Source of the DNA: an uncultured Zetaproteobacteria bacterium
GTDB taxonomy: Bacteria; Pseudomonadota; Zetaproteobacteria; Mariprofundales; Mariprofundaceae
Assembly (NCBI GenBank): GCA_964432195.1
Contig: CAYSMR010000001.1
Coordinates: 1-38,494 of the forward strand
Length of the DNA stretch: 38,494 nt
Direction: 5' to 3'
Below are positions 1 through 9,004 of the stretch, in pieces; the first letter of the stretch is position 1; the number at the start of each line of letters is the position of its first letter. The position numbers and the translations under genes are program-made. A model generated the notes under the pieces. The model saw only the letters and a program-made list of their open reading frames with translations. It was not told the DNA's origin and ran no database searches.

Positions 1-1089
1 AATAATGCGCTGGCCGGCATGAACGGCAATCTATTCCTGATCAAATCGCACCCGGACGATCCGATGACGCCGGTACGCGTCGAACGCATCGAGACACTGA
101 TCGATCACGCCGCATCGATGATCGAGCAGATGCTGGCCTTCGCGCTGCAGAGCAACCTGGCTCCAGCGCCGCTGTCGCTGCCGGAGTTCATCGAGCAGTT
201 CCGCTCGCATGTGCTGCAGAGCCTGTCGCAGCAGGATATGCTGATCCTCGATACCGGCCCGGAGGAACTGGCCGTGCGCACGGTGTATGCCGACAGCAAA
301 AAGCTGCAAGAGGCGCTGATGCAGCTGCTCGATAATGCGATCGCGGCGACCGCGCAGAGCAGTCCCCCGCGCATTACGATCGCGCTCACGCCGTTTCATG
401 CCGATGATGATTTCAGACGCCGCTTCCGCAATCTGGCCAGCCGCGATCTGATCCGGCTGAGCTTCTCGGACAACGGCTGCGGCATGGATGAGAACGTGCG
501 CAGGCGCATATTCGAACCATTTTTCACAACCAGCGAAATCGGCAGCGGCACCGGCCTCGGCCTGCCGATGGTCTACGGCTATATCCGCCAGCTCGGCGGC
601 TGTATCGAGGTCGAAAGCGCGCCCGGTTCAGGCACGAGCTTCCATCTCTATCTGCCGGTCACGCAGCAGGAGGCGGCAGAGACGCGCAACACCATCACCC
701 ACGGGCACAAGGAGACGATCCTGATCGTTGATGACGAGCATATCTTCCGCGACTCCTGCTGCGAGGTGCTCTCGGAACTCGGCTATCTGCCGATTGCCGC
801 CGCCAACGGCGAGGAGGGGCTGCACCTGTTCCAGCAGCATCGCAACGTGATCCGGCTGATCATCTGCGACCTGATGATGCCGGGCATCAGCGGCATTGAA
901 CTGTTCCGGCGCATTCGCTCGATCAGCAGCGATACGCCGTTCCTGTTTATCACCGCCTATGACCAGACCCATCCGCACGCGCCGGAACTGCACAGCGACG
1001 GCTGCGAGGTGTTGGAAAAACCGTTTCATATTCCGGCCCTGAGTCAGGCCATCGAATCGGCGATGCATGCGCAGCGGAACAGCAACTGA
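1..1089 (+). CDS. Hybrid sensor histidine kinase / response regulator, 5'-truncated by the window edge
   Basis: Frame is open from base 1 ([10 protein letters not shown], the tail of an H-box). HATPase motifs [19 protein letters not shown] and GTGLGL are present. C-terminal receiver domain: ILIVDDE, ICDLMMP, FITAY, LEKPF. Confidence 0.93.
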   Translation, partial: NNALAGMNGNLFLIKSHPDDPMTPVRVERIETLIDHAASMIEQMLAFALQSNLAPAPLSLPEFIEQFRSHVLQSLSQQDMLILDTGPEELAVRTVYADSKKLQEALMQLLDNAIAATAQSSPPRITIALTPFHADDDFRRRFRNLASRDLIRLSFSDNGCGMDENVRRRIFEPFFTTSEIGSGTGLGLPMVYGYIRQLGGCIEVESAPGSGTSFHLYLPVTQQEAAETRNTITHGHKETILIVDDEHIFRDSCCEVLSELGYLPIAAANGEEGLHLFQQHRNVIRLIICDLMMPGISGIELFRRIRSISSDTPFLFITAYDQTHPHAPELHSDGCEVLEKPFHIPALSQAIESAMHAQRNSN

Positions 1090-1108
1090 AATACTGAAAA
1101 CGGCCGGA

Positions 1109-2428
1109 CTATGCCCCGGGCGCAATCGCGCGCAACAGGCCTTCAGCCTTGTGACCGGCTTCGATCAACTCATGCTCCGGATCGGAGTCGGCCACAATAC
1201 CGGCGCCGGCCGCCCAGCAGAGCCGGCCGCGATGGTGCCAGAACGTGCGGATCAGGATATTCATATCGGCTGAACCGTCCCAGGCCGAATAACCGAGACC
1301 GCCGGTATAGGGACCGCGCGCGCTGCCCTCCAGCTCATGGATCACCTCCATGCAGCGTACCTTCGGACAGCCGGTGATCGTACCGCCGGGGAACATCGCC
1401 CGGAACAGATCAACAATATCCCGCCCGTCCTGCAAGACACCGCGCACATTGGAGACGATATGCTGCACCGTGGCATACTGCTCAATGACCATCCGTTCAT
1501 CGACCTCGATCGTGCCGGGCCGGCAGACCCGCCCCAGATCATTGCGCTCCAGATCGACCAGCATGATATGCTCGGCCCGCTCCTTTTCCGAGAGCAGCAG
1601 CTCGGTGCGCAATGAATTATCCCGAGCTCCCTGATCGCGGCGTCGGGTGCCGGCGATCGGCCGGGTATCGGCCGCGCCGTCGGCATGCATCCGAAACAGT
1701 CGTTCCGGCGATGCCGACGCCAGCCATAACGGCTCCGTATCGTCATCGGATGCAATACGCACGCAGGCCGAGAACGGGGCCGGATTGACCTGCCGCAGCC
1801 GGCCGTAGAGCGCCGCCATGTCGGCTGCGTCAAACGGCATCTGCCAGAAGCGGGCGATATTGGCCTGAAACAGATCGCCGGCAGCGATATAGGCCCGGAC
1901 CCGCTCGACGGCCGCCCTGTAGTGCGCAGCCGCAGTCACCTGCCGGGCCGAGAGATCGCAGCCGAGCGGCGCACTGCAAGATGCGGCAGGCTGCTGCGCC
2001 AGCAGCTGCAGTGCCTGATCCAGCGCTGCGGTATCACGCGCGACCAGATGAATCCGTTCATCGTCAAAGCAGAGCGAGAAGGCCGGGAGAAAGGTCCACA
2101 GCAGCGGGCCGGGCACGGCCGTTTTCGGCGCCGGCAGCGCTTCGATCAGGCCGCCGGCTTCATAGGCCGCATAGCAGAGGCAGCGAATCGCCGGCGAATC
2201 GTACCGGTCGCCGCCGGTGTACTGCCGCCAGCGTTCGAAGAAGGCATCGGCGGCAGCCGAATCGGCGCCCTGGCAGAGCGCATCGGCATCGCCGTCGCGC
2301 GAGGCGAGAAACTGCCGCCCGGACCCGGACGGATCCTCGAGCAGGGCTGCATAAGATTCCGGAGTGGCAGCAAAAAGGCCGTAAGCGGAAAGCTTACGGC
2401 CCTGATTCGATATGACGCGGAATATCAC
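1109..2428 (-). CDS. pabB: Aminodeoxychorismate synthase component I (chorismate-binding MST family)
   Basis: Motifs ASPERLF, TRPIAGTRRR, SEKERAEHIMLVDLERNDLGRVC, FPGGTITGCPKVRCM and RGPYTG. Start placed at GTG 2428 so it does not overlap fabF; the start is uncertain. A TrpE-like role is not excluded. Confidence 0.78.
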   Translation of the reverse strand: MIFRVISNQGRKLSAYGLFAATPESYAALLEDPSGSGRQFLASRDGDADALCQGADSAAADAFFERWRQYTGGDRYDSPAIRCLCYAAYEAGGLIEALPAPKTAVPGPLLWTFLPAFSLCFDDERIHLVARDTAALDQALQLLAQQPAASCSAPLGCDLSARQVTAAAHYRAAVERVRAYIAAGDLFQANIARFWQMPFDAADMAALYGRLRQVNPAPFSACVRIASDDDTEPLWLASASPERLFRMHADGAADTRPIAGTRRRDQGARDNSLRTELLLSEKERAEHIMLVDLERNDLGRVCRPGTIEVDERMVIEQYATVQHIVSNVRGVLQDGRDIVDLFRAMFPGGTITGCPKVRCMEVIHELEGSARGPYTGGLGYSAWDGSADMNILIRTFWHHRGRLCWAAGAGIVADSDPEHELIEAGHKAEGLLRAIAPGA

Positions 2429-2468
2429 GTCAGCCTGTTCTGCACCGGTTCCGGATGCGCGCGTCGGA

Positions 2469-3713
2469 TCAGTCGAACTTGCGTACGATGACTGATGCAT
2501 TGGTGCCGCCGAAGCCGAACGAATTGGAGATCGCGACCCGGATATCCGCATCACGCGCCTCGTTCGGCACGTAATCCAGATCGCAGGCCGGATCCTGATT
2601 GTCCAGATTGATCGTCGGCGGAACTACGCCGTTGCGCACCGCCAGCACCGAAAACGCTGCCTCGATACCGCCGGCCGCGCCGAGCAGATGGCCGGTCATC
2701 GACTTACTCGAAGAGACCATCAACTTGCCGGCATGATCGCCAAAGACCGACTTGATGCCTTCGGTCTCGGCCACGTCGCCGGCCGGCGTCGAGGTGCCGT
2801 GCGCATTGATGTAGTCCACATCCTCTATAGCGATACCGGCGCGACGCATCGCGGCTTTCATACAGCGACCGCCCCCTTCGCCGCCCGGCGACGGAGAGGT
2901 CATATGATAGGCATCGCCGCTCATGCCATAGCCGATCACCTCGGCCAGGATATCCGCGCCGCGCGCCGTTGCCGAATCAAGCGATTCGAGCATCAGTACG
3001 CCGGCCCCCTCGCCCATGACAAAGCCGTCGCGATCGACATCCCAGGGGCGCGATGCGCGTTCCGGTTCGTCATTGCGCGTCGAGAGAGCGCGCGCAGCCG
3101 AAAAACCGCCAATGCCGAGCTCGCAGATGCACGACTCGGTACCGCCGGCGATCATCGCATCGGCGCGACCGTCCGCGATCATCTCGAAGGCATCACCGAT
3201 CGCATGCGTACCGGTCGCACAAGCCGTCACGGTGGCGACATTCGGACCCTTGGCCCCGGTCAGCATCGATACCCAGCCGGATGCCATATTGATAATCGTC
3301 TGCGGGATAAAGAACGGCGAAATCTTGCGCGCACCGCCCTTCTCGTATGCCCGCATCGTATTTTCAATCGTGACCAGCCCGCCGATACCGGCACCGACCG
3401 CAACACCGACGCGTTCGGCATTGCTTTCATCGATCGTCAATCCGGATTGTTCCAGCGCCATCAGTGACGCCGCCACGCCGATCTGGATAAAGCGATCCAT
3501 CTTGCGGGCGTCCTTGCGGTTGATGAAGTCTCCGACCTCGAAATCCGGCACTTCGCCGGCGATCGTGCAGGCCATGCCTGTCGCTTCCGCATCAAAATGA
3601 GTAATCCGGCGAATACCTGATTTACCCTGAATCAGATTGTTCCAACTGACATCCGTCCCGGTGCCTAGCGGCGTAACCAGGCCGACACCGGTGACGACGA
3701 CGCGTCTGGACAT
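2469..3713 (-). CDS. fabF: 3-oxoacyl-ACP synthase II
   Basis: MSRRVVVTGVGLVTPLG start, TACATG catalytic Cys, YINAHGTST, SKSMTGHLLGAAG, SNSFGFGGTN; follows acpP. Confidence 0.97.
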   Translation of the reverse strand: MSRRVVVTGVGLVTPLGTGTDVSWNNLIQGKSGIRRITHFDAEATGMACTIAGEVPDFEVGDFINRKDARKMDRFIQIGVAASLMALEQSGLTIDESNAERVGVAVGAGIGGLVTIENTMRAYEKGGARKISPFFIPQTIINMASGWVSMLTGAKGPNVATVTACATGTHAIGDAFEMIADGRADAMIAGGTESCICELGIGGFSAARALSTRNDEPERASRPWDVDRDGFVMGEGAGVLMLESLDSATARGADILAEVIGYGMSGDAYHMTSPSPGGEGGGRCMKAAMRRAGIAIEDVDYINAHGTSTPAGDVAETEGIKSVFGDHAGKLMVSSSKSMTGHLLGAAGGIEAAFSVLAVRNGVVPPTINLDNQDPACDLDYVPNEARDADIRVAISNSFGFGGTNASVIVRKFD

Positions 3714-3714
3714 C

Positions 3715-3954
3715 TTATGCTGCTTTGGCGGCGATGTAGTCGATGGCGTTCTGCACGCTCTGGATGCCTTCGGCATCTTCGTCCGGAATCTCGACATCGA
3801 ACTCTTCCTCGAATGCCATCACCAGCTCTACCGTGTCCAGCGAGTCTGCGCCCAGATCATCCACGAACGAGGAATCCGGATTGATTTCACCCTCATCGAC
3901 ATTCAGCTGATCAGATACGATCTTGATAATTTTAGCTTCGATTTCTGCAGACAT
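3715..3954 (-). CDS. acpP: Acyl carrier protein
   Basis: [20 protein letters not shown] phosphopantetheine site; GGAGG RBS before ATG 3954. Confidence 0.98.
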   Translation of the reverse strand: MSAEIEAKIIKIVSDQLNVDEGEINPDSSFVDDLGADSLDTVELVMAFEEEFDVEIPDEDAEGIQSVQNAIDYIAAKAA

Positions 3955-3983
3955 AAGTCCTCCCGAAATTTTTGTAGGTGCGG

Positions 3984-4012
3984 CTTCTATCATAAGGGCC
4001 ATATGCGCACAA
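3984..4012 (-). promoter_or_regulatory. Possible sigma70 promoter for acpP-fabF
   Basis: Minus strand reads TTGTGC-N17-TAGAAG with TG one base upstream of the -10 (extended -10 like); weak match. Confidence 0.35.
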
Positions 4013-4046
4013 GTATGAACCCTTCCCCCGGTCGAGCCGGTTGTAT

Positions 4047-4195
4047 GCGCAAGCGCTGATTCACCCAGCGCTTGCGCGCAGGCCACGGACGGCCTGCCAA
4101 ATCAGGTACGTAAGCGCCTGGTTTGTGAGCCTCGGCAAAACCACGCTTTTGTCTGAGCGCACTGATTTTTGCCAGGACAGCAATAAATCAGCATC
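4047..4195 (-). repeat. Multi-hairpin intergenic element, copy 1 (related to 36615-36776)
   Basis: Perfect 12-bp inverted repeat 4047-4058/4066-4077; 7-bp stem 4078-4097; palindrome 4098-4124; AAAAGCGTGGTTTT at 4137-4150; GATGCTGATT..AATCAG at 4162-4195. Confidence 0.7.
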
Positions 4196-4196
4196 T

Positions 4197-4937
4197 CTAC
4201 ATATACATGCCGCCGTTCACATGCAACACCTGGCCGGTGATATAGCCGGCCCCGTCGCCGGCCAGAAAACAGACCACAGCGGCAATATCATCGGGCTGGC
4301 CCAGCCGGCCCAGCGGCACCTGCGCGGTCAGACGCGCATGCGCATCATCGCCGAGCTCGGCCGTCATATCGGTTTCAATAAAGCCCGGTGCCACGGCATT
4401 GACCGTAATACCGCGCGAACCGACCTCGCGCGCCAGCGAACGGGTCATCGCCTCCACGCCACCCTTGCTGGCACAGTAGTTGAGCTGACCCGGATTGCCC
4501 ATGCCGGCCACCACCGACGAGATATTGATAATACGGCCGCCGCGCGCCTTCATCATCGGGCGCAGCGCTGCCTGCATCGCATGGAATACCGACGAGAGAT
4601 TGGTCTGGATCACTGCATCCCACTCCTCGGTTTTCATCCGCATCGTCAGATTATCGCGCGTAATGCCGGCATTGTTCACCAGCACATCCAAACGGCCAAA
4701 ATGGGATGCACTCTCCTTGACGAAGTTCTGAATCTGCTCCCGCTGCGATACATCCACGGCCCGTCCCAACACCTCAACGCCGGTCGCCGCGCGAATCTGC
4801 TCCGCAGCCTGATCGATCGTCTCCTGACGGGTGCCGCAGATGGCCAGATTGAAGCCGGCCTCGGCCATCCGGCTGGCGACGACAAAACCGATGCCGCGGC
4901 TGGCGCCAGTCACCAGTGCTGTTTTTGTTTCACTCAT
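4197..4937 (-). CDS. fabG: 3-oxoacyl-ACP reductase
   Basis: SDR motifs TGASRGIG, NNAGITRDNL, YCASK, VAPGFIETDMT, HVNGGMYM; lies in the fab operon. Confidence 0.97.
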   Translation of the reverse strand: MSETKTALVTGASRGIGFVVASRMAEAGFNLAICGTRQETIDQAAEQIRAATGVEVLGRAVDVSQREQIQNFVKESASHFGRLDVLVNNAGITRDNLTMRMKTEEWDAVIQTNLSSVFHAMQAALRPMMKARGGRIINISSVVAGMGNPGQLNYCASKGGVEAMTRSLAREVGSRGITVNAVAPGFIETDMTAELGDDAHARLTAQVPLGRLGQPDDIAAVVCFLAGDGAGYITGQVLHVNGGMYM

Positions 4938-4944
4938 GATTCTC

Positions 4945-5886
4945 TTACTCCCCTGAAATCGTGACCAGACTGGCGCCCAGTTGCTCCGGCGTCAGGCTGA
5001 CCCCAACAATCATAGCACGCTCGATGCGTTTGACGAGTCCAGCCAGCACTTTGCCCGGCCCGACCTCGACGCCGCGCGTTACGCCGGCCGCAGCCAGCTG
5101 CTGCACGGTTTCGGTCCAGCGCACCGGCGACACCAGCTGCGCGACTAACGCTGCGCGAATCGCATCAGCATCCTGCTCGGGGCGCGCATGCGCATTGGCC
5201 CAGACCGGACAGGCCGGAGGCCTGATCGTGATCTCCTGCAGGCGCGCCGCCATCGCATCGGCGGCAGGCTGCATCAGCGGCGTATGCGACGGTGCGCTAA
5301 CAGCCAGCGGTAGCGCCCGTTTCGCACCGGCCTCTTTTGCGGCAACCATCATGCGCTCGACCGCGGCAGCGTGGCCGGCGACCACCAGCTGGCCGGGACA
5401 GTTGTAATTGGCTGCCCAGACCTGCTCGCCATCACGGCTGGCTGCCTCGCACAGGCCTTCAACAACATCATCGGCCAGCCCCAGAATCGCCGCCATGCGG
5501 CCGACGCCGGCCGGCACGGCCTCGCTCATCGCGCGACCGCGAAATGCCACCAGGCGCACCGCATCGGCAAAATCGATTGCACCGGCCGCAACCAGCGCCG
5601 AGTATTCACCGAGCGAGTGGCCGGCCATATGCGCGGCCTGTGCTCCGCCACGCTCGTTCCACAGCCGCAGCAGCGCCGTTGAGGCGGTCAGCAGGGCCGG
5701 CTGGGTATATTCGGTCTGCTCCAGCTTGCCATCGGCATCATCGCGGATCAGTGCCGCGACATCATAACCGAGCGCATCGGAGGCCTCCTCCTGCGTGCGG
5801 GCAACGACCTCGATGCCGTCGAAGGCATCGAGCATGCCTTTGGACTGGGAGCCCTGACCGGGAAACAACATGACAAATTCAGACAT
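4945..5886 (-). CDS. fabD: Malonyl-CoA:ACP transacylase
   Basis: FPGQGSQ, TQPALL, GHSLGEYSAL, VSAPSH, PVRW. Confidence 0.97.
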   Translation of the reverse strand: MSEFVMLFPGQGSQSKGMLDAFDGIEVVARTQEEASDALGYDVAALIRDDADGKLEQTEYTQPALLTASTALLRLWNERGGAQAAHMAGHSLGEYSALVAAGAIDFADAVRLVAFRGRAMSEAVPAGVGRMAAILGLADDVVEGLCEAASRDGEQVWAANYNCPGQLVVAGHAAAVERMMVAAKEAGAKRALPLAVSAPSHTPLMQPAADAMAARLQEITIRPPACPVWANAHARPEQDADAIRAALVAQLVSPVRWTETVQQLAAAGVTRGVEVGPGKVLAGLVKRIERAMIVGVSLTPEQLGASLVTISGE

Positions 5887-5943
5887 CTTCACTTCCTGTA
5901 TTCAATTTTGCCCAGCGCAGCTGCTGCCGGAGAGAACGCCGAA

Positions 5944-6963
5944 CTATTTCGACCAGCGCAGCAGGTTGGCGCCCCATGCGAAACCGCCGGCAAACGCCTC
6001 CAGCAGGATCAGCTGGCCGCGCTGCAGCCGGCCGGACTGATAGAGATCGCAGAGCGCCATCGGCACACTCGCCGATGAGGTGTTGCCATGTTTCTCCACC
6101 GTCAGTGCGACGCGGCTCAGATCCATTTTCAGCTTTTTGGCCGTCGCCTGGATAATGCGGATATTGGCCTGATGCGGCACCAGCCAGTCGATATCGCTGT
6201 CACTCAGCTGATAGCGTTCGAGAATCTCGTTGACGACGCTGCCGAGCTTGGTCACTGCCACCCGGAACACCTCATTGCCCTTCATCTCAACCGCCGCGGT
6301 ACCGGCCGAGTCGAGACTGAAATCCACAGCCTCATGATGCCGCTCGGGGCTGGCCGGCGGATGCGGATGGGCCGCCTTCAACAGATCGCGGTAGGAGCCG
6401 TCGGCATGCAGAATCGATCCGATCAGGCCGTTTTCAGCATCCGGCGCTCCGGCCTCGAGCACGACAGCGCCGGCGCCGTCGCCGAACAGGATACAGGTGC
6501 CGCGGTCGCTCCAGTCGACAATCCGGCTCATCGCCTCGGCGCCGATCAGCAGGACGCGCCTGAACATGCCGGCGCGCATCATCCCCTCAATCTGCGCCAG
6601 CCCGTATACGAAACCAGAACAGACAGCCTGGATATCCCAGGCCGGAAAATCCTTGCCGCCGAGCTTGGCCTGCACGACCGTCGCGGTGGCCGGAAAGATC
6701 AGATCAGGAGTCGTCGTCGAAACGACCAGCGCATCGATATCGTCAATCGTGATGCCGGCGTCGGCAAGCGCGGCGCGCGCTGCCTCGACGGCCAGATCGG
6801 AGGTCATCTGATCGGGGGCAATAATATGGCGCTGCCGGATGCCGGTGCGCTCGACAATCCACGCATCGCTGGTATCCACCATCTGCTCGAGCTCGGCATT
6901 GCCCAGCACACGCTCCGGCAGATAGGCGCCGATGCCGGTCAGATGTACCGATGCCAGACTCAC
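5944..6963 (-). CDS. fabH: 3-oxoacyl-ACP synthase III
   Basis: AVCSGF (Cys), PHQAN (His), GNTSSAS (Asn), LFGDGAGA; GTGA overlap with the plsX stop. Confidence 0.97.
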   Translation of the reverse strand: MSLASVHLTGIGAYLPERVLGNAELEQMVDTSDAWIVERTGIRQRHIIAPDQMTSDLAVEAARAALADAGITIDDIDALVVSTTTPDLIFPATATVVQAKLGGKDFPAWDIQAVCSGFVYGLAQIEGMMRAGMFRRVLLIGAEAMSRIVDWSDRGTCILFGDGAGAVVLEAGAPDAENGLIGSILHADGSYRDLLKAAHPHPPASPERHHEAVDFSLDSAGTAAVEMKGNEVFRVAVTKLGSVVNEILERYQLSDSDIDWLVPHQANIRIIQATAKKLKMDLSRVALTVEKHGNTSSASVPMALCDLYQSGRLQRGQLILLEAFAGGFAWGANLLRWSK

Positions 6964-8039
6964 AGCTCCACCAGCTCCTGAATCGAGCGCGCAATATGAT
7001 CGGTCAGATTCTCGCTGACTTCGCGGCAGGCAACCGAGATCGCACTGACAAAGCCGTCTGCGTCGGTACCGCCATGACTCTTGACGACAATGCCATTGAG
7101 ACCCAGCAGCGGAGCGCCATTATAGCGCCCCGGATTGACCGTATCCTTGAACCGGCGCAGCGCGCCGCGCGCCAGCATCGCGCCGGCCTTGGCGACAACG
7201 CCGGAAGTCAGCTCGCGACGCATGCTGTTGGCCAGAAACGTCGCCGTCCCCTCCATCGTCTTCAGCGCCACATTGCCGACAAAACCATCGCAGACGACGA
7301 CATCGACATCGTTACCGAACAGATCCGTGCCTTCAACATTGCCGATATAGCTCAGGCCGCTCTCTGCCAGCTTAGCCGAGGTCAACTTGATCACATCAGT
7401 ACCCTTGATATCTTCGCTGCCGATATTGAGCAGACCGACGCGCGGCTGCTCGACGCCTTCGGCGGCCTGCATATAGCAGGAGCCCATAATCGCAAACTGT
7501 ACCAGGTGATCGGAGGTGCATTCGGTATTGGCGCCGGCATCGAGCATCAGCGTGCGGCCGCCGTCGACAGCCGGAATCATCGAGGCAATGGCCGGTCGGT
7601 CGATGCCCGGCACCATTTTCAGAATGACTTTCGAGATTGCCATCAGCGCGCCGGTATTGCCGGCCGAGACCAGCGCATCCCAGTAGCCGTCGCGCACCAT
7701 GCGCGCGCCGACATGAATCGAGGAGTCCTTTTTGCGCCGCAGCGCATGCGAAGGGGAATCGCACATGCCGACGACGTCGGAAGCCGGCACCAGCGAAACC
7801 CGGTCGGCAATGCCACGCTGCTGCAGCAGCGGGCGCAGCAACGCTTCCTGACCGACAATACCGAGCGTCAGTGAACCGGACAGAGCGGCCGAAAACGACG
7901 GCGCCAGCGCACGGTCAAGCGCATCAAGCACCATTTCCGGCGCATCATCGCCGCCATGGCCGTCAATCAGAATACGGATATCGCGTTCACCATCATCGGC
8001 AACGCGGCCGGAGCCGGCCTGCTGTTCCGCTTCAGACAA
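6960..8039 (-). CDS. plsX: Phosphate acyltransferase
   Basis: DGHGGD, VSAGNTGAL, DRPAI, LDAGAN, DVVVCDGFVGN, KSHG; TTG start is uncertain. Confidence 0.96.
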   Translation of the reverse strand: MSEAEQQAGSGRVADDGERDIRILIDGHGGDDAPEMVLDALDRALAPSFSAALSGSLTLGIVGQEALLRPLLQQRGIADRVSLVPASDVVGMCDSPSHALRRKKDSSIHVGARMVRDGYWDALVSAGNTGALMAISKVILKMVPGIDRPAIASMIPAVDGGRTLMLDAGANTECTSDHLVQFAIMGSCYMQAAEGVEQPRVGLLNIGSEDIKGTDVIKLTSAKLAESGLSYIGNVEGTDLFGNDVDVVVCDGFVGNVALKTMEGTATFLANSMRRELTSGVVAKAGAMLARGALRRFKDTVNPGRYNGAPLLGLNGIVVKSHGGTDADGFVSAISVACREVSENLTDHIARSIQELVEL

Positions 8040-8076
8040 TGGGATGACTGCTACCGGCGCTGGTCACAGCAGCAGA

Positions 8077-8259
8077 TTAATCTTCGCTGGAAGCGGTAAC
8101 TTCGCGACCCTTGTAGGTGCCGCAATGCGGGCATGCATGATGCGGACGCATCATTTCGCCGCACTCCGGACACTCGGACATGCCGGCCGGCACGATACGA
8201 TCGTGTGCACGACGCATATTGCGCTTGGATGCGCTGGTTTTTCTCTTTGGAACTGCCAT
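8077..8259 (-). CDS. rpmF: 50S ribosomal protein L32 (zinc-ribbon, C+ form)
   Basis: MAVPKRKTS...CPECG...[16 protein letters not shown]; AGGAG RBS. Confidence 0.97.
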   Translation of the reverse strand: MAVPKRKTSASKRNMRRAHDRIVPAGMSECPECGEMMRPHHACPHCGTYKGREVTASSED

Positions 8260-8336
8260 CTTACTCTCCTGCAAGACTGATCGTTTATCATCCCGACCGG
8301 CCTTAAAACTCGTCTATTCTGCTCAACCCGCCAGCA

Positions 8337-8870
8337 TCAGTCATCCAGCTTCAGCCCGCGCAATGCCGCGAACGGGTGATCACTCTCATCGCGGGCACAT
8401 CTGCAGCACTCTCGATTCAGATCCACACCGCAACCCTGACACAGCCCCCTGCATGATTCACTGCATATCACATCGGACTTCCAGCCCAACCAGACATCCT
8501 CACGCAGGACGTTCAGCAGATTAAGCTCTCCCGGCGGCGGCAGATATTCGCATGCGCTCGCATCCTCATCCCGGTCCGGCTCATCGCCCAGCTGAAACTG
8601 CCAGGCCGTTTCACCTGCCGCCTGCCAGTCAAACGGCGCATTACAGCGACTGCACTGTCGCCGAATCAAACCGCTCCACTCGCCCTGCAACAGAAACGTC
8701 CGGCCGCTGCGCTGCAACGCAATCCGCCAGCGCACATCGGAGACCAGATCCGTAATCGGGGTGACCTCGCCGATATCCGCATCCTGCAGCAGCGCCATCG
8801 GCACATCCTTATCCCACTGCCTGCCGGTCGCGGCCAGATTCTGCAATGTCACCAGCCAGTGGCGCTGCAT
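8337..8870 (-). CDS. yceD: YceD / DUF177 family protein
   Basis: CSRC motif, CSESCRGLCQGCGVDLN, C-terminal HPFAALRGLK; canonical position before rpmF; GGAGG RBS before ATG 8870. Confidence 0.92.
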   Translation of the reverse strand: MQRHWLVTLQNLAATGRQWDKDVPMALLQDADIGEVTPITDLVSDVRWRIALQRSGRTFLLQGEWSGLIRRQCSRCNAPFDWQAAGETAWQFQLGDEPDRDEDASACEYLPPPGELNLLNVLREDVWLGWKSDVICSESCRGLCQGCGVDLNRECCRCARDESDHPFAALRGLKLDD

Positions 8871-8912
8871 GGCACCCTCCGGACCCGAAAATGGGACGAT
8901 TTTCAAGCAGGC

Positions 8913-8944
8913 GCGCATTATCAATAATGCGCAGTGGCGGTCAA
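8913..8944 (-). promoter_or_regulatory. Probable sigma70 promoter of the yceD-rpmF-plsX-fab operon with an overlapping palindrome
   Basis: TTGACC (8944-8939)-N16-GATAAT (8922-8917) followed by GC-rich GCGCGCC; perfect inverted repeat GCGCATTAT-CA-ATAATGCGC at 8913-8932. Confidence 0.6.
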
Positions 8945-9004
8945 GCCCAAACTGAAGTTACGAACACAGATATAAGAAACATGCCAGTGCGGTGCTATCT
9001 CGCT

